A DNA stretch of 61,376 nt, filler included, from 4 parts of 4 records of this genome joined end to end with filler, not necessarily neighbours in it, one strand, 5' to 3'; counted from the whole stretch's first letter, positions 10,739 through 20,899 are shown. The notes: generated from the letters alone by a model not told the origin. A program made the numbers and translations.

Positions 10739-10923
10739 ACAGCCAAACGCTTTCCCGAACCGGGGTATCGCGCCGGGTTCTACCTGCGCCAACGCCACAT
10801 GCCCAGCGAGACGGAAATTGCACCATTTTGCGTACAAAAACGACTGACCGAAATACACGTGCGACACCTTCGGCTTGGAAATCGAAAACCTTGATAATTC
10901 CCTTATTCATATAGGCTTCCGAC

Positions 10924-10989
10924 ATGCAAAAAGCGCATGGGACACATGCAGAAAATGCACTTGTGAGATGGAAATGTCATCTCTATCTG
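10924..10989 (+). promoter_or_regulatory. Tandem LysR-type boxes plus sigma70-like promoter of the DUF1127 gene
   Basis: ATGC-N7-GCAT (10924-10938), ATGC-N7-GCAC (10946-10960), then TTGTGA-N17-TATCTG (10961-10989). Confidence 0.6.
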
Positions 10990-11042
10990 CCGCTCATCGC
11001 ATCACGCGAAAGACCTGAACTTCAATCAGAGAGAACGTGGAT

Positions 11043-11261
11043 ATGGCTGCATTCGACACCACCCGCACCGCCCAAGGCACCACCGGCCTGATCGGCCGTA
11101 TCGGCGCTCTTGCTCATACGATCACCGCCAATGTCATGGCCTGGAACGACGCCCGCTCGACCCGCAAGGCACTTGGCGCTCTGACCGACCGTGAACTGGC
11201 CGATATCGGCCTGATCCGCGGTGATGTCGACAGCATCGACGCCAACTCGCCGCTGGTCTGA
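11043..11261 (+). CDS. DUF1127 small protein
   Basis: C-terminal W...RSTRKALGALTDRELADIGLIRGD is the DUF1127 signature; ATG 11043 (GTG 11037 alternative). Confidence 0.9.
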   Translation: MAAFDTTRTAQGTTGLIGRIGALAHTITANVMAWNDARSTRKALGALTDRELADIGLIRGDVDSIDANSPLV

Positions 11262-11287
11262 CACGCACGGATTTGGACGGTCGTCTT

Positions 11288-11352
11288 ACGCATTGACCAA
11301 ATAGGAGCGCCGCGTCTGGGATATCCCAAGCGCGGCGTTTCTCATTGATGCG
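11288..11352 (+). terminator. Terminator-like hairpin after the DUF1127 gene
   Basis: CGCCGCG..TGGGA-TA-TCCCA..CGCGGCG followed by TTT, nested in outer arms ACGCATTGA / TTGATGCGT. Confidence 0.6.
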
Positions 11353-11424
11353 TTGGGAACGTATGCTGAGCAATATGCAACACGCGGCATCTGACCGAAG
11401 GCCGCTGTCACATCACCAAATGGA

Positions 11425-11772
11425 TCAGCGCAGGAGCGGCAACAATTGCCCTGCAATTTTTGTCGACAGCGGATCGCTTTGCATGACAAAAGCGCCACTT
11501 CGCTCGACGAATGAGCCCTCGGCGAGTTGCGACACTCTTTGATCGTAGCTTGCGAAACCGAGGGTGGCCATCAAGAAGCCCTTGAACAAAAGCCCGGCAG
11601 CCAAGAAGAGCAACAGTGAGCGCAGTGAGATCCGTGAGCGCACGACTTTTCTCGGCTCAACAACGATCAGACCATCGGTCCTGATCTTTGCCGTGTAGCC
11701 ATGACCTTTGTTCAGGGTTTTCCTGTCCAAACGGCGCAGCCGGCTTTGAAATTCTGCATATTGATCGCTCAT
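11425..11772 (-). CDS. Small single-pass membrane hypothetical protein
   Basis: 115-aa ORF with GGAG RBS, basic N-terminus, one hydrophobic segment (SLLLFLAAGLLFKGFLMATLG). Confidence 0.7.
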   Translation of the reverse strand: MSDQYAEFQSRLRRLDRKTLNKGHGYTAKIRTDGLIVVEPRKVVRSRISLRSLLLFLAAGLLFKGFLMATLGFASYDQRVSQLAEGSFVERSGAFVMQSDPLSTKIAGQLLPLLR

Positions 11773-11883
11773 AGCGAACACTCCGAACTAGCCCCCACTA
11801 GCGGGTTGCTCGAAGCTACGCGCGAATTGAGGCAAGAACGGGGCAAATAGCTAAAAGTCGATTAAACTGCCCGCGATCTCAGC

Positions 11884-12753
11884 TTACTTGCGCAAAATCA
11901 GCGTTGTCCATTCACCAATCTCGTCCCTATTGACCAGATTGACGCCATTCTGTGCATAAACCGCGATCACATCATCGGCCTGCTCGTTCAGAATGCCAGA
12001 CAGAATCGCATATCCGCCATCGCGCAGATGTGCTGCCATATCGGGGCTGAGCGCCACCAGCGGACCTTTGAGGATATTTGCAAAGATCAGATCATATGGG
12101 GCCGCGTCCTTGAGCGGCGGCGCGTCGAACCCTGCGGCCTCAAGGCACTGCACGGCGCCCTTCATGCCGTTGGCCTCCATATTGGCCTCTGCAACATCCA
12201 CCGCAACCTGGTCGATATCGCTGGCCAGAATATCCGCATCCTTCCAGACTCGCGCTGCGGCCATCGCCAATACGGCGGTGCCACAGCCGATATCGGCCAC
12301 TTTGGACGCGGTGAAGCCTTGATCCAACAGCTGATCCAGTGCCTTCAGACAGCCGAGCGTCGTCCCATGATGTCCGGTACCAAAGGCCATGGCGGCCTCG
12401 ATCAACAGCGGGATTTTGTCCCCCGGTAGCTTGTCGGCATCATGGCTGCCATAGACAAAGAAACGCCCGGCCTCGACAGGGGCCAGCTCGCGCCGCACAT
12501 GCGCGACCCAATCCGTCTCCGGCAATTCGGAAACGGCAAAGGGCTTCGCCTCATGCAATGTGGCCAACAGCGCCAGCCCTGCCTCATCAGGGGCTTCGGT
12601 GAAATACCCCCCCACTTCCCAGAGACCGGAGCCATCCTCGACCTCGAACACACCAACGCCGGTTGGTTCTGGCGTCAAACGCTCCATCGCATCGCCCAAT
12701 GCCTCGGCCTGAGCTTTTCCGGTCAGCGTGGTGAGCGCGGTGAATGTGGGCAT
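11884..12753 (-). CDS. prmA: Ribosomal protein L11 methyltransferase
   Basis: AMAFGTGHHGTT, DIGCGTAVL, FANIL, ILSGIL motifs; start at MPTFTAL. Confidence 0.93.
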   Translation of the reverse strand: MPTFTALTTLTGKAQAEALGDAMERLTPEPTGVGVFEVEDGSGLWEVGGYFTEAPDEAGLALLATLHEAKPFAVSELPETDWVAHVRRELAPVEAGRFFVYGSHDADKLPGDKIPLLIEAAMAFGTGHHGTTLGCLKALDQLLDQGFTASKVADIGCGTAVLAMAAARVWKDADILASDIDQVAVDVAEANMEANGMKGAVQCLEAAGFDAPPLKDAAPYDLIFANILKGPLVALSPDMAAHLRDGGYAILSGILNEQADDVIAVYAQNGVNLVNRDEIGEWTTLILRK

Positions 12754-12871
12754 GTTGGGATCTCCGCAGTGGAACAAAGGGCGCGTCGAGCGCGCGGTTG
12801 TCCAGCGCCTACGCGAGCCTTGCATATATGGTCAAGAGGGCAGCGCGCCCGCGGCGCCTAGGTTGGTAGAC

Positions 12872-14107
12872 TTATTCCGCAGGCGCGGGCGCTGTCAGAC
12901 GGGCGAAAATGGTCTCATTCCCGGGCTCAGGATGGCGCGGGATCATCAGGGATAGCGCCAGCGAGATCAGCGCCATGCAGGCCGCCAATCCGAAAACCGC
13001 AAACGGAGATACGATCCAGAGCAGGCCCAACAACACCGGCAGGAACACCGCCGCGATATGGTTGATCGTAAATGCAACTGCCGCGGTGGGTGCGATATCA
13101 GCCGGATCGGCGATCTTCTGGAAGTAGGTTTTCAGAGCCAGTGCAAGCGCAAAGAGGATATGATCCACGACGTAGAGCGTAGCCGCCAGCACCACGCCCC
13201 AGCCAAACCAGTAGATGCCACCATAGAGCGCGAACACCACCGTCAGACCGATATACTCGCAAATCAGCGTGCGACGTTCGCCAAACCGCGACACGACCCG
13301 GCCCAGCAATGGCGCGGCCACCATATTTACCAGCAGGTTGATGAGATAGAGGCTCGTGAGGTGATGCACTTCAAAGCCGAAGCGCTCCACCATCATGAAG
13401 CCCGCAAAGACCACAAAAATCTGCCGCCGCGCGCCGGCCATGAACTGCAGCGCATAATAGAGCCAGTAGCGGCGGCGCAGCACCATCTTCTTGTTCTGCG
13501 GCGTAGGGCCGTCGAACTGCGGCACCGCGAACAGGCAGAAGATCGCCACCACGGCGCAGAAGCCGCCAGCCGCCATATAGACCGCGTTGTAGGACAGGTT
13601 CAGAGGTTCCCACAGCAGCACGATGATGCCGTAGACCACCAAGGTTGCGGCAGAGCCGGTCGCCACCAGCCAGCCCAGCATCTGCGGCGCGCGTTCCTTG
13701 GTGAGCCATTGCAGCTGCAACGACTGGGCCACAGTCTCGAAATAATGAAAGCCGACGGAGCTGAGCACGGTGATGATAAGAATGCCCTGCAGGGTCGGGA
13801 ACCAGGCAGTGACCGCCGTGGCCACGCCAAGCAGCGCCAGCGACAGCAGGCCCAGCACCTGCTCGCGGATGAAGATGATCAGAAAGATCACCAGAAAGGC
13901 CAGAAAGCCCGGAATCTCGCGCACGGTGTGCAACAGGCCGATGTCCGCCCCGTCGAAATTCGCCACCTCAATAACAAAGTTGTTCAGCAGCGCCGACCAA
14001 GTGTTGAAAGCGATGGGCATGGCGATCGCCATGAGAAACAGCAGCGTGATCGGACGGCGCCAGAACGGCAGGGACCGGGCTTGATCGAGGGTCATGGGCG
14101 TAAACAT
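12872..14107 (-). CDS. MFS transporter
   Basis: 411 aa with about 12 hydrophobic segments; GRVVSRFGER loop motif. Confidence 0.85.
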   Translation of the reverse strand: MFTPMTLDQARSLPFWRRPITLLFLMAIAMPIAFNTWSALLNNFVIEVANFDGADIGLLHTVREIPGFLAFLVIFLIIFIREQVLGLLSLALLGVATAVTAWFPTLQGILIITVLSSVGFHYFETVAQSLQLQWLTKERAPQMLGWLVATGSAATLVVYGIIVLLWEPLNLSYNAVYMAAGGFCAVVAIFCLFAVPQFDGPTPQNKKMVLRRRYWLYYALQFMAGARRQIFVVFAGFMMVERFGFEVHHLTSLYLINLLVNMVAAPLLGRVVSRFGERRTLICEYIGLTVVFALYGGIYWFGWGVVLAATLYVVDHILFALALALKTYFQKIADPADIAPTAAVAFTINHIAAVFLPVLLGLLWIVSPFAVFGLAACMALISLALSLMIPRHPEPGNETIFARLTAPAPAE

Positions 14108-14237
14108 GCCCCGGCTTTAGAGCGCTTTGCCTGACAGAGCTAGTCAAGAATTGTACCAAGTCACGCCCCTGCATGCACAGGTCTATCTGCGCTCCTGCAG
14201 GGTCAACTGGCCGTGTCTTATGAGGCTGCAGGCGCGG

Positions 14238-16445
14238 TCAAAAGAAATTCTGCGGGTCGATATCGACATTCAGACGCAGATCGCCCTTCAGCTTGAACGG
14301 TGCGATCCAGCGGCTGATGGCGTCCTGAAGCGGGACGCCCTTGTCGGCCTTGACCAGCAAGCGCACCCGGTGGCGCCCGCGCACCCGGGCGATGGGGGCC
14401 GGAGCCGGGCCAAAGAGCTGTGCGCCCACCTGCCGGAGCGGGCCATCATTGCGCGCCAGCGCACCGCCAAGGTCAAAGACCTGCGCCAGATCGGTGCCCG
14501 ACAGGATGATCCCCGCCATGCGCCCGTAGGGCGGCACCCCCGCCGCCTGCCGCTGCTCGGCTTCCGCCTTCCAGAAGCTCTCCTCGTCGCCGGAGAGGAT
14601 CGCGCGGATCACCGGATGTTCGGGCTGGAAACTCTGCATCAGGGCCTCGCCCCGGCGCTCGGCCCGGCCCGCACGGCCCGCCACCTGCCGCATCAGCTGG
14701 AACGTCCTCTCTGCGGCGCGCAGGTCCGATCCCTGCAATCCGAGATCGGCGTCGATCACCCCCACCAGCGTCAGCAGCGGAAAGTTGTGTCCCTTGGCCA
14801 CCAGCTGGGTGCCGAGGATAATGTCTGCCTCACCCGCCGCGATCTCCTCGATCCGCTGCTTCAGCGCCCGGGCCGAGCCAAAGAGATCCGAACTCAGCAC
14901 CGCGATGCGGGCCTCGGGAAACAACGCGGCCGCTTCTTCACCCAGCCGCTCGATGCCGGGGCCGACCGGGGCCATCTTGCCCTCCACCTTGCAGGAGGGG
15001 CATTCGGTGGGCACCGGTTTTGTTTCGCCGCACTGGTGGCACATCAACCGCTTCATGAAGCGGTGTTCGACCATGCGCGCATCGCAATTGTCGCAGGCCA
15101 CCTGGGTGCCGCACGCCCGGCAGATCGTCACCGGCGCAAAGCCACGGCGGTTGAGGAACAGGAGCGACTGCTCGCCGCGCTCCAGCCGCAGTTTCATCGC
15201 CTGCTTCAGGGTGGGTGAGATCCAGGTCGAGGGCAGCAGGTCTTCGTTGCGCATGTCGACTGCGCGCATTTCCGGCAGCACCGCCTCGCCAAAACGCGAC
15301 GTGAGATCAAGACGGGTGTACTTGCCCGCTTCGGCATTGGCCCAGGTCTCCAAGCTTGGCGTTGCCGACGCCAGCACCACCTGCGCCTGACAGAGCGACG
15401 CGCGCCAGACCGCCAGATCGCGCGCGTTATACAGGACGCCTTCCTCCTGCTTGTAGGAGGTGTCGTGTTCCTCATCGACAATGATCAGGCCAAGGTCGCG
15501 AAACGGCAGGTAGAGCGAAGAACGCGCGCCGATCACCAGTTGCGCCGCCCCCTGCCCGACCATGCGCCACACCCGGCGGCGTTCGGTCATCGTGACGCCG
15601 GAATGCCATTCCGCCGGCACCGCGCCAAAGCGCGCCTCGACCCGTTTGAGAAACTCCGCCGTCAGCGCGATTTCAGGCAGCAGCACCAGCGCCTGTCGCC
15701 CCTTGCGCAGGCAGGCGGCCACGGCCTCCAGATAGACTTCGGTCTTGCCCGAACCGGTCACACCTTTCAGCAATGTGGTGCCGTAGCGGCCCCCGTTGAC
15801 ACCGGCCTCGAGTGCGGCGGCGGCGGCGGCCTGATCGTCCGAGAGGGTCTTGCCCGGCAATTCCGGATCCAGCGGCGGGAACGGCAGGTCGCGGGGGGCT
15901 TCCTCCTCGCGGATGGCGCCCTGCTTCACCAGCCCCTTGATCACCGAACTGGTAACCCCGGCCAGCCCGGACAGTTCCGACGCGGTGAAGGCCGCGCCCT
16001 CATATTCGTCCATCACGTCGAGCACCTTGGCACGGGCGTCCGTCAGGCGATCCGGCTCCTGATCGCCTCTTCGCAGAATCTTGCGCATCGACGGCGGATC
16101 CGCCAGCCCCGGCGCCCGGGTCGCCAGCCGCAGCATCATCGACATCGGCGTCAGCGTATATTGCGCCGCGCGCTCCAGAAAGCCGCGCATCTCGGTGCGC
16201 ATCGGGGCCAGATCCAGCACCCGGATCACCGAGCGCAGCTTGGCGGCGTCAAATCCGCCCGCGCCCGGCCCCCAGACAACTCCGATCACCTTGCGCGGCC
16301 CCAGCGGCACCTCGACAAAGGCGCCGAGAAAGCAGCCGCCCTCGGGGGCGCGATAGTCCAGCAGCCGGTCCAGCGGCTGCGCTGTCAGCACTCCGACTCG
16401 CTCGCCCTGGGCAAAAAACTCCGGACTCTCGCTCTGCTGCGTCAT
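14238..16445 (-). CDS. priA: Primosomal protein N' (replication restart helicase)
   Basis: GVTGSGKTEVY, DEEHD, four CxxC zinc pairs, QVAGRAGR, C-terminal DIDP; start at MTQQSES inferred. Confidence 0.97.
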   Translation of the reverse strand: MTQQSESPEFFAQGERVGVLTAQPLDRLLDYRAPEGGCFLGAFVEVPLGPRKVIGVVWGPGAGGFDAAKLRSVIRVLDLAPMRTEMRGFLERAAQYTLTPMSMMLRLATRAPGLADPPSMRKILRRGDQEPDRLTDARAKVLDVMDEYEGAAFTASELSGLAGVTSSVIKGLVKQGAIREEEAPRDLPFPPLDPELPGKTLSDDQAAAAAALEAGVNGGRYGTTLLKGVTGSGKTEVYLEAVAACLRKGRQALVLLPEIALTAEFLKRVEARFGAVPAEWHSGVTMTERRRVWRMVGQGAAQLVIGARSSLYLPFRDLGLIIVDEEHDTSYKQEEGVLYNARDLAVWRASLCQAQVVLASATPSLETWANAEAGKYTRLDLTSRFGEAVLPEMRAVDMRNEDLLPSTWISPTLKQAMKLRLERGEQSLLFLNRRGFAPVTICRACGTQVACDNCDARMVEHRFMKRLMCHQCGETKPVPTECPSCKVEGKMAPVGPGIERLGEEAAALFPEARIAVLSSDLFGSARALKQRIEEIAAGEADIILGTQLVAKGHNFPLLTLVGVIDADLGLQGSDLRAAERTFQLMRQVAGRAGRAERRGEALMQSFQPEHPVIRAILSGDEESFWKAEAEQRQAAGVPPYGRMAGIILSGTDLAQVFDLGGALARNDGPLRQVGAQLFGPAPAPIARVRGRHRVRLLVKADKGVPLQDAISRWIAPFKLKGDLRLNVDIDPQNFF

Positions 16446-16621
16446 TCCTGCCGTGACCCTGTTCTTTTTGTTGCCCCAACGGTAGGCGCGGGCAAATGTT
16501 TCCGCTAACATGCGCGCGGACGCGCCCTGACCACCCTTGTGTCTTTCGGACTTTTCGCAAGACCTCCTATCAGGTAAAGCCAAGGCGCACCGAGGCCAAG
16601 CCATCCAGAGGACCAAAGCCC

Positions 16622-17275
16622 ATGAAATTCTTCGTAGACACCGCCGAAATCGACGCCATTGCCGAGCTGAACGATCTTGGCATGGTCGACGGCGTCACCA
16701 CAAACCCCTCCCTGATCAAGAAATCCGGCCGTGACATCATCGAAGTCACCAAGGAGATCTGCGATCTGGTCGACGGCCCGGTTTCCGCCGAAGTCACCGC
16801 GACCGATGCCGAAACCATGATCGCCGAGGGCCGCAAGCTCCTGGAAATCGCCGAGAACATCACCGTGAAGGTGCCGCTGACCTGGGACGGGCTGAAAGCC
16901 TGCAAGACCCTGACCGACGAGGGCCACAAGGTCAACGTGACCCTGTGCTTCTCTGCCAATCAGGCGTTGCTGGCCGCCAAGGCAGGTGCCTCGTTCATCT
17001 CGCCCTTCATCGGCCGTCTGGACGATATCCACCTCGACGGCATGGACCTGATCGAGGATATCCGCACCATCTATGACAACTACGGTTTCACCACCGAGAT
17101 CCTCGCGGCCTCCATCCGCAGCGTGAACCATATCTCCGACTGTGCCCTGGTGGGCGCGGACGTGATCACCGCGCCGCCGGCCGTGATCAAGTCGCTGGTC
17201 AACCACCCGCTGACCGACAAGGGCCTGTCGGCCTTCCTCGCGGATATCAAGGCAGCTGGCATCAAGATCCTCTGA
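16622..17275 (+). CDS. tal: Transaldolase (short TalC/FSA-like family)
   Basis: [16 protein letters not shown], Schiff-base VKVP; SAEV (Glu) and SPFIGR (Phe) point to transaldolase rather than fructose-6-phosphate aldolase. Confidence 0.9.
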   Translation: MKFFVDTAEIDAIAELNDLGMVDGVTTNPSLIKKSGRDIIEVTKEICDLVDGPVSAEVTATDAETMIAEGRKLLEIAENITVKVPLTWDGLKACKTLTDEGHKVNVTLCFSANQALLAAKAGASFISPFIGRLDDIHLDGMDLIEDIRTIYDNYGFTTEILAASIRSVNHISDCALVGADVITAPPAVIKSLVNHPLTDKGLSAFLADIKAAGIKIL

Positions 17276-17305
17276 TCGCGCCCCAATCAATTGCGAGACC
17301 CAGCC

Positions 17306-17336
17306 ATGGCGCCCCTCAATAGGGGCGCCATTTTTA
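17306..17336 (+). terminator. Rho-independent terminator after tal
   Basis: ATGGCGCCCCT-CAAT-AGGGGCGCCAT followed by a T-run. Confidence 0.85.
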
Positions 17337-17470
17337 TTTGCGCATCAGCATGTTGCTGCCGAGAGGCGCATTTTGCGCCCCGCCGGGCGCGAATTGGCGA
17401 TTTTTCCCGCGCGTCCACGCATGGCTCATGTTATAGTAAACAAAACCCGATCAGAGGTTCGAACGAGACG

Positions 17471-18184
17471 ATGAGCAGCACAACCGCCGAGCTGGACGAC
17501 AGCCTGCGCAAGAAAATCATTGAAAAGCCCGACATGGTGCTGGACGACCCCAACGTGATGCGTGCGCTGGTGGCCGCCAACGAGCGCGCCATGGGCACCA
17601 ATATCGTTGACCTGCGCGGCATCGCGATGGAGCGGCTGGAAACCCGGCTCGACCGTCTGGAAGACACCCATCGCTCGGTGATTGCGGCCGCCTATGAAAA
17701 CCTCGCCGGCACCAACCAGATCCACCGCGCCGTGCTGCGCCTGCTGGATCCTGAGAGCTTTGCCGTCTTCATGGAGATCCTGCGCGGGGATCTGCGCGAC
17801 ATCCTGCGGGTGGACGCGCTGGCGCTGATTCTGGAAACCACGCAGGAAGAGGCTGGCGCCGCGGTGGAGCGCGTCGGTGATGTGCTGAAATTCACCGAGG
17901 CCGGTTTTGTCGAGTCCTATGTGGCGCAGGGGCGCTCTTATGGGGGCGACCGTCCGGTGATTCTGCGCCAGATCCAGGCTGGTCCATCGCGCATCTATGG
18001 GGATCGCGGCGCCGATCTGCGCTCCGAGGCCTGCCTGCGGCTTGATCTCGGCGCCGGGCGCCTGCCGGGCCTGCTGGTCTTTGGCGCCGAGGATCCGCAT
18101 CAGTTCACCCCGCAACACGGCACCGACCTCCTGACCTTCTTTGGCGGGGTATTCGAGCGCTGCATGCGCCGCTGGCTGTCTTGA
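17471..18184 (+). CDS. DUF484 family protein
   Basis: NIVDL..LE.RL coiled coil, AYEN, C-terminal F.PQHGTDLLTF motif; typical position upstream of xerC. Confidence 0.88.
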   Translation: MSSTTAELDDSLRKKIIEKPDMVLDDPNVMRALVAANERAMGTNIVDLRGIAMERLETRLDRLEDTHRSVIAAAYENLAGTNQIHRAVLRLLDPESFAVFMEILRGDLRDILRVDALALILETTQEEAGAAVERVGDVLKFTEAGFVESYVAQGRSYGGDRPVILRQIQAGPSRIYGDRGADLRSEACLRLDLGAGRLPGLLVFGAEDPHQFTPQHGTDLLTFFGGVFERCMRRWLS

Positions 18185-19116
18185 GCGCCGGCGACCCCAC
18201 ACTGATCTCTCCGGCAGCGCGGGATGCGCTGCAAACCTGGCTCGACGGCCTTGGTGCACTGGAGGGCGCGGCGTCAAATACCCTGACCGCCTATCGCGGC
18301 GATGTGAGCGAGTTTCTCGCCTTCATGAGCCTACATTTCGGCGGCCCGCAGGGGCTGGGCGCGCTCAGCCGTATCACCACCGCCGACATGCGCGCCTGGA
18401 TGGCCTCAGCCCGCGGTGCGGGCACCGGCGCACGGTCACTGGCGCGCAAACTCTCCGCCGTGAAGAAATTCTACGGCTGGCTGGCCAAGCGCGAAGGGTT
18501 TGAGCCGACCGCGGTGCTCTCGACCAGGGCGCCGAAGTTCCAGAAGAAGCTGCCCCGCCCGCTCGACAAGGACGCCGCCCGCGCCATGATCGACACGGTG
18601 GAGCTGCAATCGCTCAAGGATTGGGTCGCCGCCCGCGATGTGGCTGTGGTCACGCTGCTCTATGGCTGTGGGTTGCGAATTTCCGAAGCGCTCGGCCTGA
18701 TGGGCAAGGACGCCCCCCTGCCCGCAACGCTCCGGATCACCGGCAAGGGTGGCAAGGAGCGCATTGTGCCGGTTCTGCCCGCTGCACGCCAGGCCGTGGA
18801 TCGCTACTTACAGCTTTGCCCGCATCCGCAGGAGCGCGACCAACCGCTGTTTCGCGGCGTGCGCGGCGGTGCTCTGCATGCACGGATGATCCAGGGCGTG
18901 GTGGCCGATGCGCGGCGCCAGCTTGGCTTGCCCGCTTCCGCCACCCCGCATGCCATGCGCCACAGTTTCGCCACCCATCTGCTGGAGGCGGGCGGAGACC
19001 TGCGCGCCATACAGGAGCTGCTGGGCCACGCCTCGCTGTCCACGACCCAGGCCTATACGGCGGTGGATACGGCGCATCTGATGGACGTCTACACCCGCGC
19101 GCACCCCAAAGCCTGA
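18181..19116 (+). CDS. xerC: Tyrosine recombinase XerC
   Basis: LYGCGLRISE, GKGGKER, TPHAMRHSFATHLL, LLGHASLSTTQAY, HPKA; TTGA overlap with DUF484. Confidence 0.93.
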   Translation: MSAGDPTLISPAARDALQTWLDGLGALEGAASNTLTAYRGDVSEFLAFMSLHFGGPQGLGALSRITTADMRAWMASARGAGTGARSLARKLSAVKKFYGWLAKREGFEPTAVLSTRAPKFQKKLPRPLDKDAARAMIDTVELQSLKDWVAARDVAVVTLLYGCGLRISEALGLMGKDAPLPATLRITGKGGKERIVPVLPAARQAVDRYLQLCPHPQERDQPLFRGVRGGALHARMIQGVVADARRQLGLPASATPHAMRHSFATHLLEAGGDLRAIQELLGHASLSTTQAYTAVDTAHLMDVYTRAHPKA

Positions 19117-19356
19117 CCATCCGCACAAGACCGAGGGGCTTTGCCTACGTGCCTTCTCGTAGTGTTGCGCTTTGATTTGCGCGACCTGTGCAAGCGGCAA
19201 TGGCCACACCCCGTTTGATGTCATTGGTGCTGGCCTCGCGACACCTCAGGCTTGATCAATATTTGTCAGGTCGAAGCCGTACAAAATTCACGAAACACCG
19301 CCCGTCACCCACGCTTCTGGGTTGCGGGCTGTGGCGAAATTCGTCATCACACTTAA

Positions 19357-20049
19357 ATGACGTCTGAACTCCGTGCATTGACCGTACATTTATTGACCGC
19401 GACTGGCGCCGTTTTTGCCATGCTCGCCATGCTCGCCGCCGTAGATGCACGGTGGGATCTGATGTATCTGTGGCTGGTCGTGGCGTTTGCCGTCGACGGA
19501 GTCGATGGTCCGCTTGCCCGTCACTACAACGTAAAACGCAATGCGCCGCAGTTTGACGGCGTTATGCTGGACCTGATCATCGACTATCTGACCTACGTGT
19601 TCATCCCTGCCTTTGCGTTGTTCAAGTCCGGCCTGATGTCCGGCTGGACCGGCTGGGCTGCGGTCATCGTCATCACCTTCAGCAGCGCAATGTATTTTGC
19701 CGACACGCGGATGAAGACCAAGGACAACTCTTTCTCCGGGTTCCCCGGCTGCTGGAACATGCTGATCTTGGTCATTTTTGCACTCGAGCCCAATCACTGG
19801 GTCAGCCTTGGCCTCGTTACTCTGCTGTCTGCAACGCAGTTCCTGCCATTGAAGTTTATCCATCCGGTTCGCACCGAACGCTGGCGGCTTGTGTCGCTTC
19901 CCATCGCGCTGATCTGGACCGCCCTTGCCGGGTGGACCGCATGGGTCGACTTTGCTCCGGGCCCGGTCGTGACCATCGCCTTGTTTGCTACTTCGGTCTA
20001 TCTATTGCTTGTCGGGATCGCACAACAGATCGTTCCCGAACGCAGCTAA
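19357..20049 (+). CDS. pcs: Phosphatidylcholine synthase (CDP-alcohol phosphatidyltransferase)
   Basis: VHLLTATG, DGVDGPLAR, DGVMLDLIIDY, FSGFP..WN, FIHPVR. Confidence 0.88.
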   Translation: MTSELRALTVHLLTATGAVFAMLAMLAAVDARWDLMYLWLVVAFAVDGVDGPLARHYNVKRNAPQFDGVMLDLIIDYLTYVFIPAFALFKSGLMSGWTGWAAVIVITFSSAMYFADTRMKTKDNSFSGFPGCWNMLILVIFALEPNHWVSLGLVTLLSATQFLPLKFIHPVRTERWRLVSLPIALIWTALAGWTAWVDFAPGPVVTIALFATSVYLLLVGIAQQIVPERS

Positions 20050-20238
20050 CGCCGCTCTCCACCTGCGAAAACGGCGCGAAAAGGCGCGTGTTTTCTGGCG
20101 CCGACCTTATACTTTTTACTGCAAATTTTCGATTTAGGCAGCAAGCGGCCGATCCGCATACACAGATTCTTAAGCACAATTGCTGAAAATCAAATTGAAT
20201 TTGTTCCTTTTCTCGATCCCAAGGTTCAGGAGACTCTG

Positions 20239-20553
20239 ATGCCCCCTCAAGAGGCAGACCCGTCCGGGCGCTCGGAGCTGCCCGAAGTCGCAGCGCGATA
20301 CAAGGCTGCCGTGACCCCGGCCACGACGCAGCAACTGGCAAAGGCCATGGCACAATTGCAGAAATCTGCAGCTGGTGCGGTTTTCCCGCGCGAAGCCACC
20401 AAGAAGGATACCCCGGTTGTGCTGCCCTCGACTGCAGGGCGTCGGCAGGGTGGGGACAACGTCGAATACGCCCTTCTCGCGCGCCACAAGCTGCAGCAGA
20501 CGTCGGAACGCGAGGCAAGCCGCCGCTACGCAGGTGCCAAAACCATTATCTGA
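20239..20553 (+). CDS. Orphan hypothetical protein (104 aa)
   Basis: AGGAGA RBS 5 nt before ATG; hairpin at the stop codon; no recognisable motif. Confidence 0.55.
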   Translation: MPPQEADPSGRSELPEVAARYKAAVTPATTQQLAKAMAQLQKSAAGAVFPREATKKDTPVVLPSTAGRRQGGDNVEYALLARHKLQQTSEREASRRYAGAKTII

Positions 20554-20899
20554 CGGCGCCGTTGCACCTGCGCAGGTCACGGTGTCAGGCTGTAAGCAAC
20601 AACCGGCCATGCATCACCGACGCCCCCAAGGAGGACTTGGTGGGTTCGGAACGGCGCCCCCCCCTATCAGGCTTGGCCGAAGCACTCACGGCGAAACGTT
20701 TCCGGCAGTGCATCAACGCCGCACAGGACGCGAATTTGATAATCGCCTCCGTGAAGTCGACTGTCCGTCGAGCGACGCCCGGGGCGTTAACCATTACCAA
20801 AGTGTTCACGCGTCAAACGCCTCTCATTGCGTTATATTGAAGGTGTAATTTCCTATGGGTCGGCGTGCGGCCCGACACTTATGTGGAAAGGAAGAGTGA

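Noticed and set aside
18181..19116. Tyrosine recombinase as a phage integrase or island marker
   Set aside because: DUF484-xerC pairing and sequence match housekeeping XerC; no att sites, tRNA or cargo genes
12872..19116. Apparently higher GC in the MFS-priA-tal-xerC block as a horizontally acquired island
   Set aside because: Core genes in ordinary order with no mobility signals, and I could not quantify the difference
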